This document shows positions 1 to 10,700 of a stretch of DNA of 37,209 nt, piece by piece. The position numbers and the translations under genes are program-made. Source of the stretch: a virus (Duplodnaviria > Caudoviricetes). The notes beneath the pieces were generated by a model, which was given only the letters and a program-made list of their open reading frames with translations, searched no databases and had not been told where the DNA came from. Where the stretch lies: IMG/VR virus record IMGVR_UViG_3300017774_003532, positions 1-37,209 of that record. The stretch is one strand, 5' to 3'. Numbering within the stretch: position 1 is the stretch's first letter; the number at the start of each line of letters is the position of its first letter.

Positions 1-879
1 AATATAGATTCCGGAGCTAAAATAGATTTATTAGCAAGCGAAAATATTAATCTTGATGGTAGCGCAGTTCATCTTAATTCTGGCAATGCAGGCGCTGCTT
101 CAGAATCTCAAGAAAGCGTTATTGCTGGATCTTCTAATATTGGGGTCATTGCAAGTCGTAAAGATATTTCAGATAATGATAAAAATGATCCGCTGGTTCT
201 TTCTTTAGCCGATAGCCGATCGATTGCATTAGAAGAAGAAACTCAATCTCCTGAAGACTCTAGTAGTCAAAAGAACTTAATTATTAGCGAAGGCTTTGCT
301 AATGCCGCAGATCTAAGTGCACCGCCTACTGCTGTAGATAGTAAGACGGTGGAGTCGGAGCAACAAAATTTTGTTGAGCCTGACGTTAAATTAAAAACTG
401 TAACTCAATTGCCAGGCAATTATAATCTGTCGCCTAATTTTACAGTTGAAATGCTATCTAATAAAGCTGCAGTTACTCGGGATCCTGTCCGGGGTCATGA
501 AAAAGCTACTTACGGGGAGATCATTTTTAATCTGCAGGCTATAGCACTTAATGTACTTGAACCAGTAAAGAAGATATACCCTAATATGTTTGTTACATCA
601 GCTTTCAGGGATCCAGGTAATGCATCTAATGCTAAGACCTCTCAGCACCCTTTAGGTCAAGGAGTCGATATACAATTTAAAGGTATTACAAAGAAAGAAT
701 ATTTCGAAATAGCAACTAAACTTGCAAAAGTTCTTAAATACGATCAGATGATATTAGAGTATTGTAGCTACGCCAATAATCCATGGATTCATATCTCTTA
801 TGCCGTGAAGAATAGAAGTCAGGTATTAACTTTCTATAACCATAAAACCCACTCTCAGGGTCTAACCCAGTTAGCATAA
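1..879 (+). CDS. 3' part of gp5-like baseplate hub/central spike with C-terminal M15-family (LAS-type) zinc peptidase; 5'-truncated by window
   Basis: Frame 1 is open from base 1 (NIDSGAKIDLLASENINLDGSAVHLNSG..., resembling the end of a gp5/VgrG beta-helix) through an acidic linker into the listed 349..879 ORF. That ORF has SAFR...SQHPLGQGVD...WIHISY (H-x6-D...HxS zinc motif). It lies just before the PAAR-like and gp25 genes, as gp5 does in T4-likes. Confidence 0.75.
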   Translation, partial: NIDSGAKIDLLASENINLDGSAVHLNSGNAGAASESQESVIAGSSNIGVIASRKDISDNDKNDPLVLSLADSRSIALEEETQSPEDSSSQKNLIISEGFANAADLSAPPTAVDSKTVESEQQNFVEPDVKLKTVTQLPGNYNLSPNFTVEMLSNKAAVTRDPVRGHEKATYGEIIFNLQAIALNVLEPVKKIYPNMFVTSAFRDPGNASNAKTSQHPLGQGVDIQFKGITKKEYFEIATKLAKVLKYDQMILEYCSYANNPWIHISYAVKNRSQVLTFYNHKTHSQGLTQLA

Positions 880-1124
880 TGGCAGGAATTGCAAGAATTG
901 GTGATAAAGACACTAGAAACGATACGAAGAACAATGGTAGCTCGTCTGTCTTTGTTAACGGCAAAGGCGTAGTTCGTATTGGAGATAGAGATACCAGAAA
1001 TGACTCTATGATTCAGGGAAGCTCAGGGGTATTTGCCAACGGAATAGGTATATGCCGAATAGGTGACCGTGACAGTAGAAACGACAGTATCCGTGAAGGA
1101 AGTTCAGACGTGTTCGCTGGCTAA
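879..1124 (+). CDS. PAAR-like / gp5.4 spike-tip protein
   Basis: 81 aa with three repeats of RIGDxD[TS]RND...GSSxVF(xNG); located between the gp5-like gene and gp25; TAATG stop/start overlap. Confidence 0.8.
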   Translation: MAGIARIGDKDTRNDTKNNGSSSVFVNGKGVVRIGDRDTRNDSMIQGSSGVFANGIGICRIGDRDSRNDSIREGSSDVFAG

Positions 1125-1132
1125 TATAAATA
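1125..1132 (+). promoter_or_regulatory. T4-type late promoter TATAAATA
   Basis: Exact gp55-type consensus in the intergenic gap before gp25. Confidence 0.75.
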
Positions 1133-1137
1133 TAAAC

Positions 1138-1533
1138 ATGGCTACACGAAATACCAGACAATATTCAGATTTTAATCTTCTTTTTTCTTCTCACCCCGTA
1201 ACCGGTGATGTGACTAGAAAGAACGATGAAGAAGCTGTTAAGCAATCTCTTAGAAATTTAATATCTACGAGGCACTACGAGCGTCCCTTTCATCCTGAAA
1301 TTGGCTGTCAGATACATGGTCTTCTATTTGAGAATTTTAATCCTGTGACTGCACAGGTTATGAAAAAGACTATCTTTGATACTATTAATAAGTTTGAGCC
1401 AAGAGCAACGGTGTTAGAAGTTGTACTTCGTGAGAAAATAGATAATAATGAAATTGTATGTGATATTATTTTTAGATTAAACAACTCTGATAGACCTATC
1501 ACTTTAACAACACTAATAACAAGAGTAAGATAA
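1138..1533 (+). CDS. gp25: Baseplate wedge subunit gp25 (GPW/gp25 family)
   Basis: YSDFNLLF..HPVTGD...AVKQSLRNLISTRHYERPFHPEIG...I.KFEPRA. The ATG at 1138 is preferred over the listed 1063 start, which overlaps the PAAR gene. Confidence 0.92.
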   Translation: MATRNTRQYSDFNLLFSSHPVTGDVTRKNDEEAVKQSLRNLISTRHYERPFHPEIGCQIHGLLFENFNPVTAQVMKKTIFDTINKFEPRATVLEVVLREKIDNNEIVCDIIFRLNNSDRPITLTTLITRVR

Positions 1534-3380
1534 TGTCTAACTTAAGAATTGCCGAGCTTGACTTTGATCAGATCAAGACAAACTTAAAAACGTTTTTAAA
1601 CGCTCAAACCGAATTTACAGATTACGATTTTGAAGGCTCCGGTCTATCTACTCTGTTAGATGTGCTTGCTTACAACACCCACTATAATGCTTACTTGGCT
1701 AATATGGTGGTAAATGAGATGTTTTTGGATTCTGCTGTAAAAAGATCTTCTGCAGTATCTATTGCCAAACACCTAGGTTATACCCCAGTATCAGCCAGGG
1801 GCGCAGTTGCTAATTTAGATATTGTAGTTACCAATCCATCTAACTTGCCTGCATCCTTGACAATGGAACGTTACACACCTTTTACCTCTACAGTGGATGG
1901 GGTACCATATACGTTTCTAACTACAGACGCTAAAACTGCTCAAAGAGAAGGTTCCACGTATACATTTGCAGATGTAGATGTCACAGAAGGTACTTTATTA
2001 AGTTATAGCTATGTTGTATCCGATATAACACCGGCTGCCAAGTATGAAATTCCAAATGAAGCTGTAGACACTACCACTATTAAAGTCAGTGTTCAAACAT
2101 CTTCTTCTGATACAACTACAAGCACTTATACCCTTTCGACAGATATTACCGGTATAGGAAGTACATCTGCGGTCTATTATCTTGAACAGAACCCTCAAGG
2201 TAAATATCAAATTTATTTTGGTGATGGTATAATTGGTAAGAGTTTAGTAGCAGGTAATATTATTACTATTCAATACCTGGTTGCAACAGGTTCAGCAGTT
2301 AACGTATCCAGCACTGTATCCCAATCCTTTACTGCTGGTACTACCATTGGTGGTTCAAGCGCAATTGCTATTACCGTTAACAGTAACTCAACTGGTGGTG
2401 CAAACACTGAAAGTATTACCTCTATTAAGTTTAATGCTCCCCGGGTAAACGCATCTAAGAATAGAGCGGTAACTGCTACGGACTATGAGGCTCTAATACT
2501 TGCAAATTATGCAGGTGCAGAATCGGTATCTGTATGGGGTGGGGAGGACAATGATCCCCCTTACTACGGTAAAGTATTAATTTCATTAAAGCCGTATTCT
2601 GGTTTTACTATCTCAGATGCAACAAAGAATAGTATTAAAACTAACATATTAAAATCTAAACAGAGTATTACAATTATTCCTGAGTTTATTGATCCAACGT
2701 TTTTTTATGTTAACCTAACTGCAGACGTTGTTTATAATTCTTCTATTACTACATTATCATCTGATCAAATTAAGACTCAAGTTAACACCGCTATAACAGA
2801 TTACTTTTCTACTAACCTTCAAAAATTTAATAAAGAGTTTATTTACTCTGCATTAACAAGTGCTATTTTAGCAAAGAACTCTGCAATTACAAGTGTGTTA
2901 ACTAATCTTAAATTACAAAGACGAATTATACCTACATTAAATACTACTAATTTATTTACAGGAGATACGTCTATAAAATATAGAAACCCTTTAAAACCAG
3001 GTACTATTCTTTCTAGTTATTTCTTTATATCTGTAGGCGGAGTTGCTACACTCGTTAAAATAACAGACTTACCTAATGATACCCCACCAAATGATTCTGG
3101 TTCCGGGGTACTGAGATTAGTTAATGTAGTTAACAGTTCAATAGTTGCAACTAATGTCGGTACTGTTAATTACGGAACTGGGGTAATTAGTATAACAGGT
3201 ATTACCCCTATCGGTATACCAGCTGGGGTAACGGATATTAGAATCACCGGCACTGTTCAAGAAGCTAGTTATAATTTAGCAGTTTCAAGAAGCGAAATAT
3301 TAGTACAGGATGATACTACCGTTAATAAGATTGGTGGCTTGCTAGCAGGTACAACAATTAATGTGACAACATCGGTATAA
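1533..3380 (+). CDS. gp6: Baseplate wedge subunit gp6
   Basis: ELDFDQIKTNLK.FL...FTDYDFEGSGLS.LLDVLAYNTHY...NEMFLDSA; IYFGDG; NRAVTATDYE; VWGGEDNDPP.YGKV. Confidence 0.95.
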   Translation: MSNLRIAELDFDQIKTNLKTFLNAQTEFTDYDFEGSGLSTLLDVLAYNTHYNAYLANMVVNEMFLDSAVKRSSAVSIAKHLGYTPVSARGAVANLDIVVTNPSNLPASLTMERYTPFTSTVDGVPYTFLTTDAKTAQREGSTYTFADVDVTEGTLLSYSYVVSDITPAAKYEIPNEAVDTTTIKVSVQTSSSDTTTSTYTLSTDITGIGSTSAVYYLEQNPQGKYQIYFGDGIIGKSLVAGNIITIQYLVATGSAVNVSSTVSQSFTAGTTIGGSSAIAITVNSNSTGGANTESITSIKFNAPRVNASKNRAVTATDYEALILANYAGAESVSVWGGEDNDPPYYGKVLISLKPYSGFTISDATKNSIKTNILKSKQSITIIPEFIDPTFFYVNLTADVVYNSSITTLSSDQIKTQVNTAITDYFSTNLQKFNKEFIYSALTSAILAKNSAITSVLTNLKLQRRIIPTLNTTNLFTGDTSIKYRNPLKPGTILSSYFFISVGGVATLVKITDLPNDTPPNDSGSGVLRLVNVVNSSIVATNVGTVNYGTGVISITGITPIGIPAGVTDIRITGTVQEASYNLAVSRSEILVQDDTTVNKIGGLLAGTTINVTTSV

Positions 3381-3381
3381 C

Positions 3382-5067
3382 ATGGCGACAACAAGAATTA
3401 AAGAAAAAGTATCGGAGCTTGTAAACAGTCAGCTACCTGAGTTTATCAGGTCTGACTATACAACCTTTGTTGCGTTTTTAGAATACTACTATAAGTTTTT
3501 GGAGCAAGATCAGGGTGCTTTAGAGCTTGTTCAAAATGCAAGACAATATAGTGATATTGATCAAACTACAGAATCGTTTGTTAATTATTTTCTAACGAAC
3601 TACGCTAAAGACTTACCTGTAAGCTTATTAGTTGATAAGCCTCTTTTAATTAAAAAAATTAAAGGGCTGTATGCTGCAAAAGGTAGTACCTTATCTATAG
3701 AGACTCTGTTTAAAGTTTTATATGATACTGCTGCGCAAACTAACCACCCTTATGAATTTGTATTAAGACCATCTGATGGCCAATGGAGTCTTAGAACTTC
3801 TATCCGGGTTCTTCTTACCTCTGGAAGTGCAGCAGATATAAAAGATAGGTTCTTATCGCTTTCTAAAAATAATATTAATTATACTGCAGAAATTGTTAGA
3901 GTTAAAAGTCTTAGTGGTAATTTATACGAAATATTTTATCACAGTGCTTTTCCTGTTCCATTTGATATTGATGACGGTATTACAGTAACCGGTACTAGTG
4001 GAATACTATTTACCGGTATTATTAAACCAACTACAACGAATGTAGAAATTGTATCCGGAGGCTCTGGCTTTAGAGTCGGTCAAATCTTTAACGTAACGGT
4101 TGGTAGCGGTGTAGATACAGTAGTTAGAATAGCAAGAGTTAGTTCAACTGGCTCTATTCAAATATTAAGATTTTTAAATTATGGTTATAATTTTACCGAA
4201 GATCTCAGTATTATATTATCTAACGCTTTAGGTGTTACTAAAAGAGTTAAGTATTTTCAAACCAGAGGCGGAGGTTTTTCTGAAACCTTTGACGCGACAA
4301 GATTACATTCTATATCTGATAGCGATAGATACTTCTTAGAAGATTATGTTACCCCTTTTTCATATACAAGTACTACTTTAGTTTCAAGCTCAGCAACATC
4401 TCAGATACTGACATCTGTTACAACAGCAGGAGTTGAGAACCCTAATGATGCAAGCTTCAACTTTACATTAGGCGCTGTAGCTAGGTATCCTGGGCAATAC
4501 ATATCTACCCAAGGCTTTGTATCTGAACCAGATGTACGAGTTCAAGATAGTAAACTGTATCAACCTTTTGCATATCAAGTTTCCTCTGAATTAGATATTA
4601 GTACATTCTATAATATTGTCAAGAAGCTAGTTCACCAGGCTGGTACTAATTTATTTGTTAATAGAGTATTATCTGTAACAGCCAATTTATCTGCTAACGT
4701 TAGTGTAGTAAGTAAACAAAATGTTTACGCAGATCTCTTTGATACATTCTCAACATTAGAGACCGTTGCTAAGTTAGTAAGTAAGGTTGTAGATGCTGAC
4801 AATTTAAGTACTACAGAAAATACTGTTTATTCAATAACTAAGCCGCTTGAAGATATTACTACTATCAGCGATACTATTACCATAAGTATGTATAAGGTCT
4901 CTACAGACGATATTACATTAACTGATAATAATAGCTTTACATTTAGTAGGACAGAATCAGACAGCGCTACTGCAACCGATACAACAGAAGACTACACTGA
5001 TAACACTGGTGCAACAGGGTACTTTTTAGAGACTTACGCTGCTTTTACAGCAATTTCGTTTAGCTAA
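3382..5067 (+). CDS. Baseplate wedge protein, gp7-like
   Basis: SQLPEFI..DY..FV.FLEYYYKFLE; LY.AKGS..SIE.LFKVLY; RVQDS.LYQPFAYQV...VKKLVH.AG; positioned between gp6 and gp8. Confidence 0.7.
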   Translation: MATTRIKEKVSELVNSQLPEFIRSDYTTFVAFLEYYYKFLEQDQGALELVQNARQYSDIDQTTESFVNYFLTNYAKDLPVSLLVDKPLLIKKIKGLYAAKGSTLSIETLFKVLYDTAAQTNHPYEFVLRPSDGQWSLRTSIRVLLTSGSAADIKDRFLSLSKNNINYTAEIVRVKSLSGNLYEIFYHSAFPVPFDIDDGITVTGTSGILFTGIIKPTTTNVEIVSGGSGFRVGQIFNVTVGSGVDTVVRIARVSSTGSIQILRFLNYGYNFTEDLSIILSNALGVTKRVKYFQTRGGGFSETFDATRLHSISDSDRYFLEDYVTPFSYTSTTLVSSSATSQILTSVTTAGVENPNDASFNFTLGAVARYPGQYISTQGFVSEPDVRVQDSKLYQPFAYQVSSELDISTFYNIVKKLVHQAGTNLFVNRVLSVTANLSANVSVVSKQNVYADLFDTFSTLETVAKLVSKVVDADNLSTTENTVYSITKPLEDITTISDTITISMYKVSTDDITLTDNNSFTFSRTESDSATATDTTEDYTDNTGATGYFLETYAAFTAISFS

Positions 5068-5083
5068 CTTACAAGATGGCTTG

Positions 5084-5091
5084 TATAAATA
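5084..5091 (+). promoter_or_regulatory. T4-type late promoter TATAAATA
   Basis: Exact consensus, intergenic, upstream of RBS GAGGA and ATG 5121. Confidence 0.75.
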
Positions 5092-5120
5092 TAACATAGA
5101 ACTTCTTAGAGGAATAAAAC

Positions 5121-5561
5121 ATGTTCACAGAATCGATAAATGTCAAAGGTAATTTAGAAATTATTCTTTTAGACGAGTCCGGTAAGCAAAAAGATTATAG
5201 AAAAGTAAATAACCTGGTTGTTGCTGTTGGTAAAGATACAATTGCTTCAAGAATGGTGGGTAACACAACTGCAATTATGAGTCATATGGCTGTAGGTTCA
5301 TCCAATACTGCCGCAACTACCTCTCAAACTGCCTTAGGTGCAGAATTAGGACGAGTGGCTCTTGACTCAACAACTAGATCTTCTAATACTATTACATATG
5401 TAAGTACTTTTCCTGCAGGTACAGGTACGGGGGCAATCACTGAAGCTGGCATCTTAAATGCTTCCTCTTCTGGTAATCTATTGTGCAGAACAGTTTTTGG
5501 TGTTGTTACTAAAGCGGCTGGCGATACTGTGGTTATTACTTGGAACGTTACTGTAGCATAA
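5121..5561 (+). CDS. Small conserved virion/baseplate-associated structural protein
   Basis: 146 aa, NLVV.VGK...MAVG...TALGAE..R...GAITEAGILNA...LLCRTVF..V.K; resembles tail-fibre attachment N-terminal domains; good RBS. Confidence 0.6.
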   Translation: MFTESINVKGNLEIILLDESGKQKDYRKVNNLVVAVGKDTIASRMVGNTTAIMSHMAVGSSNTAATTSQTALGAELGRVALDSTTRSSNTITYVSTFPAGTGTGAITEAGILNASSSGNLLCRTVFGVVTKAAGDTVVITWNVTVA

Positions 5562-5562
5562 T

Positions 5563-7695
5563 ATGTCTTTTCTCTTAAAAGACACTATCCATCGTTCGTT
5601 GGTAGATAGTGTTTATAATGAATTCTTATCGCGAAGAGCCAACTATTACTATTTTATTGGTAATATAATTGAGTGGGCGAGTCCTCAGGTTCCAGAAACT
5701 CCTGAAGTTACCCAGAACTATGAGTATAATACTCGCAACGGTATTCTAAGTGTTAAGAAGATTAATTTAAGAGACGTATCTTATGTAGTGCCAAGAATAA
5801 ACTGGACGACCGGTACAGTATACGATCAGTTCGATGGTGACTACAGCGCTACTTCCCCTGCATATTCCGGAGCTACTAGTTTAAAGACAGCTAATTTTTA
5901 TGTATTGACAGGTGCGTTTGGAGTATACAAATGTATTTTTAATAATAATAATGCTGCGTCTACAGTGGAGCCTTCCGGTCAAGACATAACCACGTTTGCA
6001 ACAGCTGATGGTTATGTTTGGAAATATCTTTACACCATTCCTCTTTCTTCACAGAATCGTTTTTTGACTTCAGACTTTATACCAGTTCAGAGGGCAGTTA
6101 CAAATGCTTATTATTCTGAAGGTGAAGTAAGCAGTGTTATCATTAATAATGCTGGGTCTGGTTATACAAGTAATGATGATGTAACATTAACAGTTACAGG
6201 TCAGTTCCTAGGGCTATCTGGTAATTCAATAGCTAATTTAACACCTGTTTTCAATACCTCTGGTGAGTTTATTGATGTAAGAATAAAAGACGCCGGGGCT
6301 AATTATAAAACTGCATCTATTACAATTAACGATGGCGGGGGCAAGGGTACAAGCTTACTTAATAATATTAGTAATGTAAGAATATTTAATACTGGTGCTG
6401 GTTATAATACAGCTGTTATTGCTAACACTACTGCTACAATAACTACCTCTGGTCTTGCTCAGCCCACCTCAAATGCTTTTGCAAATTTAATATTCAGTAG
6501 TAATGCTTTAGTAGATATAGTATTAACTAATAAAGGTACTGGCTATACTACTGCTGCAAGAGCAAATACAACTATTACAATTAGTACGTCTGGTAATAGT
6601 CAACCTACATCTAATGCAACTGCCAATTTGTTTTTTGCTACCTCTGCCGTTCTAACTCCTGTACTTCGAAATGGCTCTATTCATTCAGTCTTAATTGAAG
6701 ACGAAGGTACAAGATACAGTTCAAACGTTAATACTATTATTTCAGCCATTGGTGATGGTTCAGGCTTTGTAGCTACACCATTTATTAATTCAACCGGTCA
6801 AGTTGAAGATGTTATTATTGAAAATCGCGGTACTGGTTATTCCTATATTAATTTAACTGTTGCAAGCGCAACTGGTACCGGTGCTAACATATTTGCTAAT
6901 CTTTCTGTAGATGATATTGATACTTTACAGACTGTTGTTGAGCTGTCAGCTGTAAACGGAGGCATCCATGCATTTAAAGTTAGTAATGCAGGCAACGGAT
7001 ACTCTTATGCCAACGTTACAGTAGCAGGTGATGGTATTAATTTTACAGGTAATGCAGTAATAGTAAATAATACTATAAGCTATATTTCTGTATTAACTCC
7101 GGGTTCTGGATATACTAATGCAAATGTAACTATAACAGGTAACGGGGCAAATGCAAATGTATCTGCCATATTATCTCCATACAGGGGTCATGGTAGTGAT
7201 CCAGTTAGAGAATTATTTGCAGATACTTTGATGTTTACCTCAACAATAAATAATGAAAAGAACCAAGGTGTTGATGTAAAGAATGATTATAGACAATTTG
7301 GCATCATTAAAGATTTAAAACAATACGATAATGAGCGAGCATTTGCCAACGTTATTGGTAGTGCATGCTTTCTCGTAACAGTTGATACTGTTAGTGGGCT
7401 TGCCCGAGATACTATATTGACTCATCTGGTCGGTACCTCTAAACGATACTTTGAAGTAGTTGAAGTAGTTCCTTTAAGTAATCAAATATTAATTCAAAAC
7501 AAAAATAATCACGATGTAACAACAGGTGACGTATTAACTGACGAGACATCAGATCTAGACTATGCCATTACAGATCTGACAATTTTACCCACCATAAATA
7601 AATTTAGCGGTGACTTATTGTATATCGATAATAGAACCTCGGTTAGTTACAGCGAACAACAATTAGTTACTCTTAGAACAGTACTCAAATTATAA
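5563..7695 (+). CDS. gp8: Baseplate wedge subunit gp8 with a large central repeat insertion
   Basis: N-terminal VVPRINWTTGTVYD...NFYV...VYKCIFNNN...EP...DGYVWKYLYTIP; C-terminal GHGSDPVREL...NDYRQFGII...SGDLLYIDNR; several V.I.N.G.GY modules in between. Confidence 0.85.
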   Translation: MSFLLKDTIHRSLVDSVYNEFLSRRANYYYFIGNIIEWASPQVPETPEVTQNYEYNTRNGILSVKKINLRDVSYVVPRINWTTGTVYDQFDGDYSATSPAYSGATSLKTANFYVLTGAFGVYKCIFNNNNAASTVEPSGQDITTFATADGYVWKYLYTIPLSSQNRFLTSDFIPVQRAVTNAYYSEGEVSSVIINNAGSGYTSNDDVTLTVTGQFLGLSGNSIANLTPVFNTSGEFIDVRIKDAGANYKTASITINDGGGKGTSLLNNISNVRIFNTGAGYNTAVIANTTATITTSGLAQPTSNAFANLIFSSNALVDIVLTNKGTGYTTAARANTTITISTSGNSQPTSNATANLFFATSAVLTPVLRNGSIHSVLIEDEGTRYSSNVNTIISAIGDGSGFVATPFINSTGQVEDVIIENRGTGYSYINLTVASATGTGANIFANLSVDDIDTLQTVVELSAVNGGIHAFKVSNAGNGYSYANVTVAGDGINFTGNAVIVNNTISYISVLTPGSGYTNANVTITGNGANANVSAILSPYRGHGSDPVRELFADTLMFTSTINNEKNQGVDVKNDYRQFGIIKDLKQYDNERAFANVIGSACFLVTVDTVSGLARDTILTHLVGTSKRYFEVVEVVPLSNQILIQNKNNHDVTTGDVLTDETSDLDYAITDLTILPTINKFSGDLLYIDNRTSVSYSEQQLVTLRTVLKL

Positions 7696-7707
7696 CATAG
7701 GTAAGAG

Positions 7708-10700
7708 ATGGCGATTAATTTTAACACCGATCCGTACTTTGACGATTACAATGAAGCTAATGGCTTTTACCGTATTCTCTTTAAACCAGGGGTGGCTGTT
7801 CAGGCAAGAGAACTAAACCAACTACAGACAATTCTTCAAAATCAAGTTACAAAATTTGGTAATCATACCTTTAAACCTGGTTCAATGGTTATACCGGGTA
7901 ATTTAGTTATTGATAAGACTCTTAACTTCGTTAAACTTTTACCTACTCACAATACAATAGATATTGATGTTCAAAATTTTATTGGTAAAGAATTACAAGG
8001 TCAAACAACTGGTATTCGCGCAAAAGTTATTCAAGTCGATGCAGCTACTGACACCGATCCTCCAACAGTATATGTAAAGTATCTTGATTCAGGTACCAAT
8101 TATACAACAACGTCATTTGCTAACTCAGAGACATTCCAGACTGTCGACGGTGGTACAACATATTATGCTACTACTATTGCTGCCTCTGCAACAGGTAAGT
8201 CTTCTGCTGCTAGTATCTCTACAGGTATCTTTTTTGTTAAAGATAGATTTGTCAGGGTAGAAGCACAGACAGTTATTTTGCAAAAATACGGTATTGTGCC
8301 AAGCTATAGAATTGGGCTTTATGTTGCCGAAGATATTATTAACAGTGAGGATGATGAGTCCTTACTAGATCCAGCTATTAGTACATTTAATTACTTTGCA
8401 CCTGGTGCCGATAGATATCGAATTATACTTGTATTATCAAAACGGCTACTAAGCGATAGCGTGACTTCAGATAGTTTTTTTGAACTCAGTAGAATTGAGA
8501 ATGGTGAAGTAGTCTCTATTACCGACAAACCTGGCTATAATGTTCTTGCCGATGAGTTGGCTAGAAGAACATATGATGAATCTGGCGACTATACAGTCAA
8601 GCCTTTTAATTTAAAAATTATAGAGCACTTAAAAGATGTTAACCACCCAGATGGTTATTTAACTAGTAACCAGGGCGGCACAGGTAATTTTGGTATTGCA
8701 GTTATTAGCCCAGGTAAGAGTTATGTCAAGGGTTACGAAGTAAGTACTATTTCAAATACCTACCTACCTTTTAACAAACCTAGAGATTCTGCCAACGTAA
8801 CAAACGCAGTAGTCAGAACACCTATAGGTAATTACCTTAACGTTTCCAATACATTCGGTATTCCTAACTTTACATCAGATCTTAGCACAGTTAATTTGTA
8901 TAACAAATATACAAACGCAAAAGGATCTTCTAACGGTACATTGGTTGGAAATGCAAGGATTAGAGGATACGAGACCGGATCTGGTAACGTAATGTTAGAT
9001 GCATCGACAATGAAAGCTTTCTTGTTTGATGTTCAAATGATTAAAGGATACGCATTTGACAGAGACGTTAAGAGTCTATTTCAATCTAGTGTTTCAGATA
9101 CAGGTTATGTTTCAACCGCGTATACGTCCGATGTGGTACCTACGGCAGTAGCTATTACCGGCAGTCTATCTTTAACCAACGGTTCTAATGCTGTTACCGG
9201 TGTAAATACTATATTTACCAGCGAATTAAAAGTTGGTGATTACGTACAGTTTACATCTGATACTAATTCATATTATGTGGCAGCAATTACCACCAATACA
9301 GCTCTTACAATTGGTAGAACTTACCCTCTTGCAAACGTATCAGGAGTTAATGCCTCTAGAGACAGCGCGGTAATTGCTGATGCTGATAAATCGGTTTATA
9401 TATTCCCATTTGCAAACGATGTAATTAATAACATATCTGATATTACTTTAAGAACCAGACGGGTATCATATGGTACACTGGCATCAGGTAATATTGATCT
9501 CTCAACTGCAGTTAATTCTACCTTTGCCTCTAGAAGTGATACTAGCTACTTTGCAGTAGCCGTTACTGGTGCTAAAGCAGGTAATGTATTCTATGTAGGT
9601 TCAAATAATTTTGAATACACAGACGGCACCAATAGAAACATTCGTATTAAATTATCAAGTTTTGGTTTAACAAACGAAGACATTTTGGTATATAGTACTG
9701 TTATTAAAAGCAACCCAGCTGCAAAGACTAAGACAAGCACATACGGTTCTATTACTTTAACTGCTAAAACTGATTGTGAATCAGCTGTAATTTCTTTAAG
9801 TAATGCTGATGCATACGTTATTTCTAACGTTAGAATGTCATCCAATGTATTTGGTACTTCATACTTAGATTCAAACGCTGTCGACATCACAGATAACTAT
9901 ACATTAGCTACAGGTCAAACTCCTACCTACTATGGTATATCATCAGTTAAAATTAAACCTGGTAAGCCGTTACCTACCGGTCCTCTAAAAGTAAGTTACG
10001 AGTATTATACGCATGGATCTGGAGATTATTTTAGTGAAGCGTCATACCCTGATTATGAAGACATTTCACCTTTTGTCGATCAAGGCATTACATACAATTT
10101 AAGAGATAGCCTGGACTTTAGACCAAGAATTTCTAATGACGGGGCTAACTTTAAAAATACCGGCGCTGTAAGAACAGAATTTATTGATTACAATAATGAC
10201 TTTCAATGTGACTATATCTATTATCTACCTAGGATTGATAAAATATACATTACTAGTAAAGGTGAAATTGCATACAAAGAAGGTACAAGTTCTTTAGACC
10301 CTGTCGAACCAGTGGTGGAAGACCAGTCCATGCCATTATATGTGATTGAGCACCCAGCATACGGTTTTGATATTAACAGGGATTCTAATTTTACCCCGCT
10401 AGATCAAAAACGGTACACCATGAAAGACATTGGTAAGTTAGAAAATAGAATTAAAAATCTAGAATACTACACTACCTTGTCCTTACTTGAATTGGATACA
10501 GCAGTATTTTCAGTCAAGGATCAATTTGGATTAGACAGATTTAAAAACGGGTTTGTGGTTGACTCGTTTACCGGTCACGGAACAGGTGATATTAGAAACC
10601 CTGATTATAATGTTTCAATGGATTTTGCAAAGGGAGAGTTATTACCCAGCTTTAACCAAAACAATTATAAGTTAGCTGAGGTTAATAGTGTTACTGCCGA

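Noticed and set aside
1063-1137. Listed upstream start for gp25
   Set aside because: It overlaps the PAAR gene and the late promoter; ATG 1138 gives a typical gp25 N-terminus
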